Virus record (IMG/VR): IMGVR_UViG_3300006217_000030
Location: 1-64,000 of that record
DNA length: 64,000 bases
Source of the DNA: a virus
Strand: one strand, 5' to 3'
The notes under the pieces: generated by a model
Told to the model about the DNA's origin: nothing
Databases searched by the model: none
What the model saw: only the letters and a program-made list of their open reading frames with translations
In this document: positions 48,237 through 57,493 of the stretch, one piece after another
Layout: every line of letters starts with the position of its first letter
How positions within the stretch are numbered: position 1 is the first letter of the stretch
Translations under genes and position numbers: made by a program

Positions 48237-49208
48237 TTAAAGTTTACGAATAATTTCTCTCCAGTAATCCAAACGACCAGCTACATTTACATTATTGCTG
48301 GTTCCTTGTAAACAGAATTGTTTATATGCTTCATTTGTATCGTAATTAGCAAGAAAATCGTTAATAACATCAACTAATTTCTGTACAGATTTATTATCCT
48401 TAATCACACGCATCATCGCATATATAATAAAACTTATGGATGTTTTAGGGATTTTAACATTTTCATCAAATGCGTTATCAAGTTCTGTTAGTGCTGCTTT
48501 AATATCCTCGATTTTTTCATCATCGATCTCATAATTTAAAATAAAATTTTCCATGTCCTTTGCTCTGAATGAAGTAACAGGATTGTCTTTTGAAGCTTCA
48601 GAAAGCATTAACACTTCACGGCAAATATCACGGTCTACATCTTTTTTTATTTGTGTAGGAGTTAAAACTTTTTTGACGAATGGATAAGATGAAAGTTCAA
48701 ATAGGAGATGAGTCAATTCTTTGCTCTGTAAACTTGTCATTTTCTGCGATGGTTTTAATGCTGTACCTGCATTTTGTCTTCGGAACATTTCACGGACATC
48801 CTCATCAGTATACTCAGTTATTTCATATATCTGCAATTCAGAATTGCGGAGGGCTTCCTGTGTATCCTCATCCATCTTTTTGAAACGCAGTCCAGCTATA
48901 TTTTTCTCTTCCCCATTTATTACCACTGGTTTTAAATTTTTAGACAAAGCAAATTTTGAATCAAGAAAGTCCCTGATTGTAGAAAGTCTTTGCACACCAT
49001 CAATAATAGCAAGGACGCCGTTTTCTTTTACAGCATAAGTAGGATTGATAGGATAATTCCTTAACAGGCTGTCAATCAAGTCCGACTTTTGTCTTGCATT
49101 CCATGCTCCTTCTTTTCTTTGCAGATCATGGGAGAGAAGTATCTTTGAAGATTTTGTGATACCTTTGTATAACGCTTGAAGTGTCCTTGTGCGACATGTG
49201 AATTCCAT
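48237..49208 (-). CDS. DUF262 (ParB/Srx-like, GmrSD N-terminal-type) domain protein (323 aa)
   Basis: DGQQR-type motif (IIDGVQRLSTIRDFL) in the N-terminal third. No DUF1524/HNH partner domain. Confidence 0.5.
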   Translation of the reverse strand: MEFTCRTRTLQALYKGITKSSKILLSHDLQRKEGAWNARQKSDLIDSLLRNYPINPTYAVKENGVLAIIDGVQRLSTIRDFLDSKFALSKNLKPVVINGEEKNIAGLRFKKMDEDTQEALRNSELQIYEITEYTDEDVREMFRRQNAGTALKPSQKMTSLQSKELTHLLFELSSYPFVKKVLTPTQIKKDVDRDICREVLMLSEASKDNPVTSFRAKDMENFILNYEIDDEKIEDIKAALTELDNAFDENVKIPKTSISFIIYAMMRVIKDNKSVQKLVDVINDFLANYDTNEAYKQFCLQGTSNNVNVAGRLDYWREIIRKL

Positions 49209-49289
49209 ATTTTATACCTCCAGTTTGGTAAATTTTAGTTACTTTGATGGTAGTACAAGATACGAAAAATGTCAATGATTTATGAAAAA

Positions 49290-49568
49290 TTATTTATTTT
49301 TTCTTTTCATTTCTTCCATCTTTTCGGCATGGGCAATATCAGCAATATGCGAGTAATAGGCAGTAGTAAGATCAGGATTATTTGCAATTTTCTTAATGTT
49401 TTCAATTCCTTCTGTCAGGAATTCAGGGTCTAAAATTCCACTTGCTGAGATACTATCCGATATATCAGATATAATTGTAGCAAAATTATTTAACTTTTTT
49501 AATGTATCCAATAATAATTTACGGGCTTCTCTTTTTACTGCGAAATATTCTTTTATTTTTCTTAACAT
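49290..49568 (-). CDS. hypothetical protein (92 aa)
   Basis: ORF. Confidence 0.3.
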   Translation of the reverse strand: MLRKIKEYFAVKREARKLLLDTLKKLNNFATIISDISDSISASGILDPEFLTEGIENIKKIANNPDLTTAYYSHIADIAHAEKMEEMKRKNK

Positions 49569-49671
49569 AATCTCCTCCGTTATTTTGAAATTGTAATTAT
49601 CCAGTTATAATTATCATTTGTTTCAATGTAGAAATTGCTATCACATGGATTATCTATTTCCCATGAATACA

Positions 49672-50106
49672 TTAATGAGTAATCACCTCTATCTCAGTCC
49701 TTGGATTATCTTTATCTACGTGACATTTAATTGTTAAACTATGTATATGTTCTCTGTCATCATCTACTAAGAAGCCACATTCTACAAATCCGTCATGGAT
49801 AAATTTTGGAGTAAAATTATCTGGGTCTGTTCTTCGTTTTGTTGGGTGATAAATATCATAAATTATATCAATATTGTCTAATTGCATATTTTCATAACCA
49901 AGATCTTTAATCCACCAAATTATGAAATTTTTCCACGACTGTTTTAATGCATTCATCTGAATTCTTGGCTTGATTGCCCAAACGTTTACAGATGGATGAT
50001 ACGGATGTTCGATTTGTTTCTTTTTAGCTCTTGGATGATTTGAAAAATAATATTGATTGTATTTTTCAATTACATTAGTATCTATAGTTAATTTTATTGT
50101 TTTCAC
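49672..50106 (-). CDS. hypothetical protein (144 aa)
   Basis: ORF downstream of the lysin. Confidence 0.35.
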   Translation of the reverse strand: MKTIKLTIDTNVIEKYNQYYFSNHPRAKKKQIEHPYHPSVNVWAIKPRIQMNALKQSWKNFIIWWIKDLGYENMQLDNIDIIYDIYHPTKRRTDPDNFTPKFIHDGFVECGFLVDDDREHIHSLTIKCHVDKDNPRTEIEVITH

Positions 50107-50170
50107 TCCTATTTCTTTACATAATAAACTAAGAGCAATCTCGCAATGAAACTGCTCTTTTATTTATTGT

Positions 50171-50920
50171 TTATATTTTCTTTGTGTATTTCAAACAAAT
50201 CCAACCTTTATCTGTTTTTCCCCATGTTTTAGCTGTATTGTATTTGATAATTTCCACAATAGTATTATTTTTATACTTTCCTAAGCGTGTAGAAGAAGTA
50301 TTTGCTTTTTCTCTTATAACCAACCCTGAAGAAGTATTAACTTTATATTTTGGATATTTAACGGTATTTGTTACTTTATCTGTAACAGCACTTGTTGTAT
50401 TGATTACTTTATATTTAGGTCTTGCAAATCCACGGATAACAGATTTGGAACGGATTCTGCGCATGACAGAACCTCCGTTATCATTACTTGAAAGGCTCGT
50501 ATTCCCCTCAATAACAGTATATGTACCATCTGAATTCTTCTTTTCTACAATACCAATATGTGAAGCCCGTCCTTTACCAAAGTCCATTAAACACAAATCA
50601 CCTTTTTTACCTTTAGTGTTTGAATACCATCTATTGATTTTTTTATAGTATGATTCAACAGTGGGACAGTAGGCAACTTTTTCCCCGCCGCAAAATAAAT
50701 TAGCTGCACCAGTAATATAGAATAACCATGCTATAAAAGCACAACACCACGGATATGCAGCTCCAGAAACTTCTCTACCATAGTACCACGTATTATATTT
50801 TACTTTATTGGAATTGGCGGGTTTTTCCTTAACCCCAATTTCTTTAATAGCCTTGTTTACTATTTTCTTTGCTGTAATTGTAGCCATATTACTCCTTTCC
50901 GCAAACACAAAAGACATCAA
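50171..50920 (-). CDS. CHAP/NlpC-P60-type peptidoglycan hydrolase (endolysin-like) with a C-terminal SH3b-like domain
   Basis: Cys/His catalytic pair context (GAAYPWCCAFIAWLFY ... GDLCLMDFGKGRASHIGIVEKK). C-terminal KYPKYKV...WGKTDKGWICLKY SH3b-like. Confidence 0.6.
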   Translation of the reverse strand: MMSFVFAERSNMATITAKKIVNKAIKEIGVKEKPANSNKVKYNTWYYGREVSGAAYPWCCAFIAWLFYITGAANLFCGGEKVAYCPTVESYYKKINRWYSNTKGKKGDLCLMDFGKGRASHIGIVEKKNSDGTYTVIEGNTSLSSNDNGGSVMRRIRSKSVIRGFARPKYKVINTTSAVTDKVTNTVKYPKYKVNTSSGLVIREKANTSSTRLGKYKNNTIVEIIKYNTAKTWGKTDKGWICLKYTKKI

Positions 50921-50923
50921 TAT

Positions 50924-51475
50924 TTAATCAATGACTTTCCAGGTCTGCATTTCTGGTTCCACTACGCTATGAACAAATGAATTTTTTCCGCCGTGTGCCT
51001 CATACTGGCTGATTAAACCTTCTAAAGATTCTTTTTCCATATGGTTCCAGTATGGGACAGGGGTTTCATCAGAATATTTTCTTTCATTATAATAGCGATA
51101 GCTGTCTCCAATTTTATCTTTATATTCTGCAAGTTTGTCTTCATCCTGTATTTTTCGCATTTCAAAAATAGACGTGGATAAGGAGTCTACTTTTTTATTT
51201 ATATTTGATATATTATCTTGCAAAATTTTATCATGACTATTTGATTCATTTACATCATGTTCATGCTTATGCTGCAATGTAGTCAAGTTTTGTATTGTCT
51301 GCATTAATAATTCGTGATCCTGATTTTTCTTTCGAATCCACAGCATTGGTTTTCCAATGATTTCAGAAAATTTACCTATAATAGAGAACATTGCAATTAC
51401 TGCTGACATGATAATGAAAATGCCCAATATTAATGACGTAATATCCTGTTTAAGTAATAAATTTATTGCATCCAT
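50924..51475 (-). CDS. Membrane-anchored protein (183 aa), lysis-cassette associated
   Basis: N-terminal TM (SLILGIFIIMSAVIAMFSIIG). Gene abuts the lysin start. Confidence 0.4.
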   Translation of the reverse strand: MDAINLLLKQDITSLILGIFIIMSAVIAMFSIIGKFSEIIGKPMLWIRKKNQDHELLMQTIQNLTTLQHKHEHDVNESNSHDKILQDNISNINKKVDSLSTSIFEMRKIQDEDKLAEYKDKIGDSYRYYNERKYSDETPVPYWNHMEKESLEGLISQYEAHGGKNSFVHSVVEPEMQTWKVID

Positions 51476-51494
51476 TCATAATATACCATCCTTA

Positions 51495-51788
51495 TCATTT
51501 TCTATTAGTAATCTGCTTAACACATTGTACGATCTTATCATATCCAAGCATTGAACCTGTTGCGCTTGATAATCCCATTAGTAACATGCAAATAATATTG
51601 TTTGCTGTATAGGAAATATCATTAAATTGATATACAATTGCTGTAGTAGTAATACCAACGATTAATCCAATTACTAAAGCAATAATATTATTTGGAAAAT
51701 TATCAAGAAGTTTTTTCCCTACTTCTGTTAATAATCCGGTTACTAAACTGCATATAAATAGCAGTTCAAGAAATAATGTAACTGTCAT
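51495..51788 (-). CDS. Holin-like small membrane protein (97 aa)
   Basis: Three hydrophobic segments. Charged C-terminus. Adjacent to the lysin. Confidence 0.4.
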   Translation of the reverse strand: MTVTLFLELLFICSLVTGLLTEVGKKLLDNFPNNIIALVIGLIVGITTTAIVYQFNDISYTANNIICMLLMGLSSATGSMLGYDKIVQCVKQITNRK

Positions 51789-51794
51789 AATTAA

Positions 51795-52142
51795 TCATTC
51801 CTCGCTTTCTTCAGAAATTTCATCACCATTTAACTGTTTCTTCAATTTAATATTTTCTTCATTCTGTTTTGCCAGAAATGCCTTACCCATTTGTCCTAAA
51901 AATGTCACACTGTATCCTGTGATTAATACCATTGCAAATTTTGTGTAATTGGAAAATAACATAGAACACATTTTATAGCTTAAGCCATAATGAAAATGGA
52001 AGAGTAATAGTTCCTGACTCAGAAATGGATAAAATATAAGCAGAATAAATACGATTACTGTGAATCTTGCCATCCATTTTTTTGTGTATTCATTTTCGTG
52101 TGAGAAAATAAATTGAAAGAATTTTTTTATTTTATTTTTCAT
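51795..52142 (-). CDS. Small membrane protein (115 aa), holin-like
   Basis: Two or three TM segments. Acidic C-terminal tail (EISEESEE). Confidence 0.4.
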   Translation of the reverse strand: MKNKIKKFFQFIFSHENEYTKKWMARFTVIVFILLIFYPFLSQELLLFHFHYGLSYKMCSMLFSNYTKFAMVLITGYSVTFLGQMGKAFLAKQNEENIKLKKQLNGDEISEESEE

Positions 52143-52166
52143 TCTGTTTCCTTTTTAATATACCAA

Positions 52167-52400
52167 TTAAGTATCATGTCTTTTCCAACGTTCCCAGCAT
52201 TCTTTCGTTCTGTCTTTACCATAATAGGCAATTAACTTTTTATCATATTCAGACTGTCCTATCCAGTCTGGTTGGACTCCCATAACATTTCCATAAAAAA
52301 TAATTTGTTTAATATTTACAATTTTTAATACTGCATCATTATAGTACTGGTATACTTCGTCTAAAGAATCAAATACTATTCCCTGCTTAATTCTAATCAC
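52167..52400 (-). CDS. hypothetical protein (77 aa)
   Basis: ORF. Confidence 0.3.
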   Translation of the reverse strand: MIRIKQGIVFDSLDEVYQYYNDAVLKIVNIKQIIFYGNVMGVQPDWIGQSEYDKKLIAYYGKDRTKECWERWKRHDT

Positions 52401-52486
52401 CTCTAATCGTAAAAAATAGGGCTATAGATAAATACGATATTATGTATTATCCATAGCCCTATAATAATTACAATACACAATATCCA

Positions 52487-52810
52487 TTAATCGTTTTCTT
52501 TTTTCTCTTCTACACTTTTATTAATAGTATCATCAGAAACTTTTTTATTTGTTTTTTTTCTTGTCGTTGTAGTTTTCTCAGTTAATGTAGTACCAGCAGA
52601 GAATTCATTTTTATCCAAAGAATTTGATTCTTTCTCTCTTACTGTTTTTAAAGATTCACGGTAAGCTGTAGCATCTTCAATATATTTTGCTGCGCATTCT
52701 CTTGAGCAGGCAAAATTACGCCATCGGAAAACGTCTTCATGTGCTTTACAGTATGCGCATGGTTCAAAAAGTTCTCCGCATACACGACAAGGAATTTTTT
52801 GTTTTGCCAT
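52487..52810 (-). CDS. Cys-rich small protein (107 aa) downstream of the major tail protein. Possible tail assembly chaperone position.
   Basis: CRVCG...CAYC...CSREC Cys cluster. Lys/Thr-rich tail. Position directly after the MTP. Confidence 0.35.
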   Translation of the reverse strand: MAKQKIPCRVCGELFEPCAYCKAHEDVFRWRNFACSRECAAKYIEDATAYRESLKTVREKESNSLDKNEFSAGTTLTEKTTTTRKKTNKKVSDDTINKSVEEKKEND

Positions 52811-52862
52811 ATTTAACCTCCATAAAAAGGACTACTGCAAAGCAGCAGCCCAATATCAATTA

Positions 52863-53648
52863 TCAGTCAAATACAATGAAGTCCCAAAGTAAACTTTTCC
52901 CAGTACACAAATCAGGAAGTGATGTAAATTCAAACCCCTGAGTTGCTGGATCAGATCCACCTTGGATATCAAATGTACCAGTGAAATCAGCCCTGTCAAT
53001 AATGAACTGGCCGTGGAACAGGTTATCACATCCGTCCTCACATGTTACATCAATAAATACCTGTAATGTCTTACTGTATTTATCAGCGTCATTTGAGATT
53101 TTCTTGCCAGTAACCTCCGCATCATAGAATGCAATTACTTCTGTACCATCTGCTACATCTCCTTCAAAGAAAGTGATTTCTTTTGTTGCGGGGTCATAAG
53201 AGAATTCTCCGGTTGCAGGGGTGGCACTTGTCTGTGTTAATTTCTTTCCACCGGAAATATATGCATTATTTGCATCTCTGACGTAGATAGTTCCGATTTC
53301 ATTACCAACTGTTCCAACAGCAGTTTCGGTGGTAGTTCCGGCATTTGCAGTAACGGTGATTGTATCAGTATATCGAATCTGATACTCACCATCTTCAATA
53401 TCAGAGCCAGTCATAGTAGCGAGTGCACCGCCTGAAAGCATACCGTTTGTACCGCTTCCCGTAACCTTCTTGTTTTTCTTCAGTGAACCAATTGTTCTGC
53501 CGCCTTTACCTGTAATTTCTGTCTTTTCCTCTTCTTGAGCCAGTGAGAAATCACTTAACTCATCAAGAATCATATCCAAATTTCCATTTGTCCTGTCAAA
53601 ACCAATAATCTGGTCATAGGATGTAATTGTAAACTTATCAATATTCAT
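52863..53648 (-). CDS. Major tail protein (TP901-1/phi13-like)
   Basis: Size (261 aa), Thr/Gly-rich beta-rich composition and position downstream of the head-tail joining genes. Confidence 0.5.
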   Translation of the reverse strand: MNIDKFTITSYDQIIGFDRTNGNLDMILDELSDFSLAQEEEKTEITGKGGRTIGSLKKNKKVTGSGTNGMLSGGALATMTGSDIEDGEYQIRYTDTITVTANAGTTTETAVGTVGNEIGTIYVRDANNAYISGGKKLTQTSATPATGEFSYDPATKEITFFEGDVADGTEVIAFYDAEVTGKKISNDADKYSKTLQVFIDVTCEDGCDNLFHGQFIIDRADFTGTFDIQGGSDPATQGFEFTSLPDLCTGKSLLWDFIVFD

Positions 53649-53709
53649 TAATTGTTCCTCCTTATTTTTGTGGGTAGTGCTATAAAATATAAAAAGATTT
53701 TTACAGTCT

Positions 53710-54435
53710 TTAATTTTTTTGTGGAATCCATGTTAAGCAATCCCTATTACTAATTTTTGATGTATCCACTGTTCCTGCGTATACACCAACCATTGTATTA
53801 TCAAATGCGATTTTATGTTGGATTTGTTTAAGACTTTGATTAAAACGATATATAGATAAATTCATACATGAATCGTAGTCATATGAAAATTCACTTGTAT
53901 TAACCAAAGCGATAACTAATTTTTCTAAAATAGGTTCAGATTTTTTTTTCGCATTACGTTTTTGTTTTTTTCGCTCTTTTTCTAAAAGATATTTTCTGGC
54001 AGATTCATTACCAGGCTTGTGTTTCACTTTCTCAAATAGATTTATTTTTCTTATAACTTCAGCCAAATCATTATATACAAATTCATCGATGCTAATATTA
54101 TTTTTGGGACTATGAATTATTTCCTTATTATTCTTTTCATCTATACAAATAGTAAAATCTGACATATCTATATCACCAAAAAGTATTGATAAATCAAACC
54201 TAATGAAAGAGAGAAATAAAATTTTAAATAAATCATAATCACTTATTGTTGTATAATCTATCCCCATATCATCCAATTGAACCATATATTGAAATGGGCT
54301 TGCAGTAAGTGCAGAAACTATACTATAATACAAATATTCATTATCTAATATTTCACCTACTGTTGGTATTCGTATAGAAAGATTTGGAATGATATCAATA
54401 GATGCTAAATTAAGCCAACTTTTTCTATTTTCCAT
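53710..54435 (-). CDS. hypothetical head-tail connector-module protein (241 aa)
   Basis: ORF in the structural operon, overlapping the upstream gene by 11 nt. Confidence 0.4.
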   Translation of the reverse strand: MENRKSWLNLASIDIIPNLSIRIPTVGEILDNEYLYYSIVSALTASPFQYMVQLDDMGIDYTTISDYDLFKILFLSFIRFDLSILFGDIDMSDFTICIDEKNNKEIIHSPKNNISIDEFVYNDLAEVIRKINLFEKVKHKPGNESARKYLLEKERKKQKRNAKKKSEPILEKLVIALVNTSEFSYDYDSCMNLSIYRFNQSLKQIQHKIAFDNTMVGVYAGTVDTSKISNRDCLTWIPQKN

Positions 54436-54925
54436 ATTTTAATCCATTATTAAAATCCTTTACGATGAATTTTAATAACCTTCCTTTATATTTCTGCTGC
54501 GGACAATATGGAGTATTACTTATAAGAGTTGTTTTCCCAACACCTAATATATTCTTTTCACAGAAAATATTATCTAGCTCACAAGCTACTAAATCATACC
54601 AAAGATAAGTTCTAGCGTTTTCTTCGTATAACATAATATCTTCATGACAAACAACAAAAAAGTAAATAGTTAAATCCTTGAATGTGTTATTCCTTGAATC
54701 AATATTTGCACTGATTTCATAATTGATAAATCTATCTGTAACTTTCTGAGTACCAGGTATGTATTCATGTGGAAACGAATATTTTTTAGGAATAATTTCT
54801 TCAGGATATTCTTCATCTTCACAACCAAGTAATTGTATAATTCGATCGGATGTACATAACTGACGTTCAATAATCTTACGATATTCTATAATTTCATAGC
54901 TTCTTGATTTTCCGATAAATATCAC
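54425..54925 (-). CDS. hypothetical head-tail connector-module protein (166 aa)
   Basis: ORF in the structural operon. Confidence 0.4.
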   Translation of the reverse strand: MIFIGKSRSYEIIEYRKIIERQLCTSDRIIQLLGCEDEEYPEEIIPKKYSFPHEYIPGTQKVTDRFINYEISANIDSRNNTFKDLTIYFFVVCHEDIMLYEENARTYLWYDLVACELDNIFCEKNILGVGKTTLISNTPYCPQQKYKGRLLKFIVKDFNNGLKYGK

Positions 54926-54931
54926 CCCCCA

Positions 54932-55969
54932 TCATTCGACAATATTTACTTTTATCTCAGACAGCGTAGATTCGCCAATACAAACAGATACAAAAAAAGA
55001 ACCTCCGATAAGGTTCTCGTCATTAACAGAAACGGTTATTTTATTTTCATTTATAGTCTGCTTTACATCAAAATCTGATTTTATATTCCAATGATAATCA
55101 ACTTCCTGACAATCAATAGAATTACCATCCTTATCGGTAAATGTTACAGTATATGTACGTCTATATCCATTTTTAAGATTTGTATTACCAGTGATCAAAC
55201 ACCTTAAATCTGTCGTTTCATTGGGGCCTGTGGGAGAGGGTGGGAGAGGAGAGAATGGATCTATATAGTCACAGATTCGTAGTTCCTGGTTATCTTTTTC
55301 AGGATTGAATTCAACTTTATCTCCAATAAAACTCAACAACGATCCCATATTACCAGCGTTATATAGAACATCATCACTACGAGTAATTTTGAATACTTTT
55401 ATAGGATTAACAGGCGTCATATCTATGAATACCCGCTTTCCTTCAAGCTCAAATCCCTCTTCACAATATCCGATTAGAATTGCATAGTTATTGGTACTTA
55501 ATACAATTGTACTATTCCCATTTTCTCCATCATCATATTTGGATGCTGTGACTATATTTGCCCATCGTTTGATGATTTTTCCATTTGAAAGCTGCCACTT
55601 TAAAAGATAGTTACACTGAATCATTTTTCCTTCGTAATGTACATCATTTATATTGAACGAGTTATAGATAAGCCAATATGTATCATCTTTCGTATCATGT
55701 ATATATTCACCAATTTTTACAGGGTTATCATGTGTAGTTAAAAACTGTTGATAATTTCCATTTAATGAACTATACTTTCTACTATGAATACGCAGTTTTG
55801 CAGGTCTGTCATCACATTCCAATATTGGATTCCAGAAATACATAGTAGGAGAGTAGGATGAGTCATGTTCAAGTTCTTCTTTCAAAAGATTCTGTCCATC
55901 AATAATCATTTCTTCTCTGGCTGAGGAACCACTATACTTAATTCGTTCTTTCATAAGTCGAAGGCTCAT
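54932..55969 (-). CDS. hypothetical structural protein (345 aa)
   Basis: ORF in the structural operon. Pro-rich linker (PLPPSPTGP). Confidence 0.4.
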   Translation of the reverse strand: MSLRLMKERIKYSGSSAREEMIIDGQNLLKEELEHDSSYSPTMYFWNPILECDDRPAKLRIHSRKYSSLNGNYQQFLTTHDNPVKIGEYIHDTKDDTYWLIYNSFNINDVHYEGKMIQCNYLLKWQLSNGKIIKRWANIVTASKYDDGENGNSTIVLSTNNYAILIGYCEEGFELEGKRVFIDMTPVNPIKVFKITRSDDVLYNAGNMGSLLSFIGDKVEFNPEKDNQELRICDYIDPFSPLPPSPTGPNETTDLRCLITGNTNLKNGYRRTYTVTFTDKDGNSIDCQEVDYHWNIKSDFDVKQTINENKITVSVNDENLIGGSFFVSVCIGESTLSEIKVNIVE

Positions 55970-55970
55970 A

Positions 55971-56432
55971 TTACACCTTCTTCCTATTAGTCACTAAATC
56001 AAACAACTTAGAATCTTTATACGATTTGTTGATTGCTAATTGGTCATTTTCGGATTTGAGTATAGTGCGTAGTTCCATTACCTTTCCCAACATATTTGAA
56101 AGCTGAAGTGAATGAAAGTCACTTGTCGAAAGACGAGATTTAAGAGCAGTAGATGTTAAAATGAAATTTGCATTGAGCCATTCGATAACCATATAATTTA
56201 CTAAAATAATAAATGTTTCATCTGTAAGAGTAAAGTTAAACTGCTCAAGCTCATTATCTCTATCAGATAGATCCTGTTTTGCAGACTGGAAAGCAACAAT
56301 AGCAGGACGCATATAGCCAATAACAATCTGATAGGCAATTTCTTCATCTATACTTGCAAAATCTATATCCTTAATTTTATTAAATACTGCATCGGCAAGT
56401 TCTCTATATGTAGTATTAGCCATATGTGTCAC
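55971..56432 (-). CDS. hypothetical structural-module protein (153 aa)
   Basis: ORF abutting neighbouring genes. Confidence 0.4.
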   Translation of the reverse strand: MTHMANTTYRELADAVFNKIKDIDFASIDEEIAYQIVIGYMRPAIVAFQSAKQDLSDRDNELEQFNFTLTDETFIILVNYMVIEWLNANFILTSTALKSRLSTSDFHSLQLSNMLGKVMELRTILKSENDQLAINKSYKDSKLFDLVTNRKKV

Positions 56433-56443
56433 CTGCCTTTATC

Positions 56444-57190
56444 TTACTCTGCATCGGATAAATCAAAAGATAATTTTCTTTCCAATAGGCGAATAATGTT
56501 TATATCAACCAATTTCTTTGTCTTATACATCTGTCTAACCTTACTAATAAGAATATCCCTCATATTTACACGTAAAGCGTCATCAATAACATGCTCAATT
56601 GTCTGCATATCAGAATTGAAAACTTCTTTCAAATTATTCAGTTTTGCAACATTCTCATATACTGGTGTAAGCCTAAACTTCTTAACAGCACGTTCGTCCA
56701 TCAGAATAACCAAAGGTTTATTAAGAAATGCACTCTTATAGTTGTTCATTTCATTTAATTCAGCAACAGTCATGTACTGAATAGCACCAATCTGATTCCA
56801 TCTGAGAACAGCATTTGTTGACCTTGACTTATAAGTAAGACCACCAAAAGTAATAGACTTTACAGGAATAGAAGTATCAAGTTCCAAAGTGTTGTTATAA
56901 TCATCTTTATCATCAACGGCTTCATCTAATTCATCAATTGTCTCTGAAATGGCATCTAGTAATGATCCGGATTTAGTTTCTGTATTTATTACTTCTTTAT
57001 CCTTGTGTATTTCCTGAATAATGTTTTCTTTGTTTTCAGTTAAGTCTTCATCCTCAGAAGTTACAACACTAAAAGTATCATTCTCTTTTAATTTTGTAAT
57101 AAGCTTATCTTTGCCAATGTTACCGATTTTAATATTTCTTGACTTTGCTAATTCTTTTAATTCGTCAAGTTCCATACTTGTATAATCCAT
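56444..57190 (-). CDS. Acidic protein with an N-terminal Rho-N/SAP-like motif (248 aa)
   Basis: MELDELKELAKSRNIKIGNIGKDKLITKLKE resembles the Rho termination factor N-terminal/SAP-type helix-turn-helix. Confidence 0.4.
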   Translation of the reverse strand: MDYTSMELDELKELAKSRNIKIGNIGKDKLITKLKENDTFSVVTSEDEDLTENKENIIQEIHKDKEVINTETKSGSLLDAISETIDELDEAVDDKDDYNNTLELDTSIPVKSITFGGLTYKSRSTNAVLRWNQIGAIQYMTVAELNEMNNYKSAFLNKPLVILMDERAVKKFRLTPVYENVAKLNNLKEVFNSDMQTIEHVIDDALRVNMRDILISKVRQMYKTKKLVDINIIRLLERKLSFDLSDAE

Positions 57191-57194
57191 ATGT

Positions 57195-57404
57195 TTATAA
57201 TTCCTCCATCTTTGATTTTTCTTTCAACTTATTCCATCTTTTAATAGCAGAGTTTAATTCATCTGATTTTTTAAATGTGAAATATGTCAAATTGTTAGTT
57301 CTATTTTTTGATTTTTTAACATAATTAAGCCCTTGAGATTTTAAGAAATGATATAAGTTAAAAGAGTAACAATGGAAAAATGAATTTTTTTGTTCTTTTT
57401 CCAT
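57195..57404 (-). CDS. hypothetical protein (69 aa)
   Basis: ORF downstream of the capsid-gene hairpin. Confidence 0.3.
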   Translation of the reverse strand: MEKEQKNSFFHCYSFNLYHFLKSQGLNYVKKSKNRTNNLTYFTFKKSDELNSAIKRWNKLKEKSKMEEL

Positions 57405-57427
57405 ATATTTACCTCATTGATTTATTT

Positions 57428-57472
57428 TCAGCACCAATTTAAGCATAAAAATAACACCTAAATTGGTGCTGA
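57428..57472 (-). terminator. Strong 14-bp perfect hairpin (tcagcaccaattta / taaattggtgctga) just downstream of the candidate major capsid gene
   Basis: Perfect 14-bp stem, 17-nt loop. No clear T-run, so it may act as an attenuator or RNA-stability element. Confidence 0.35.
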
Positions 57473-57493
57473 ATAAAAGTGCCTTATTCTAAA

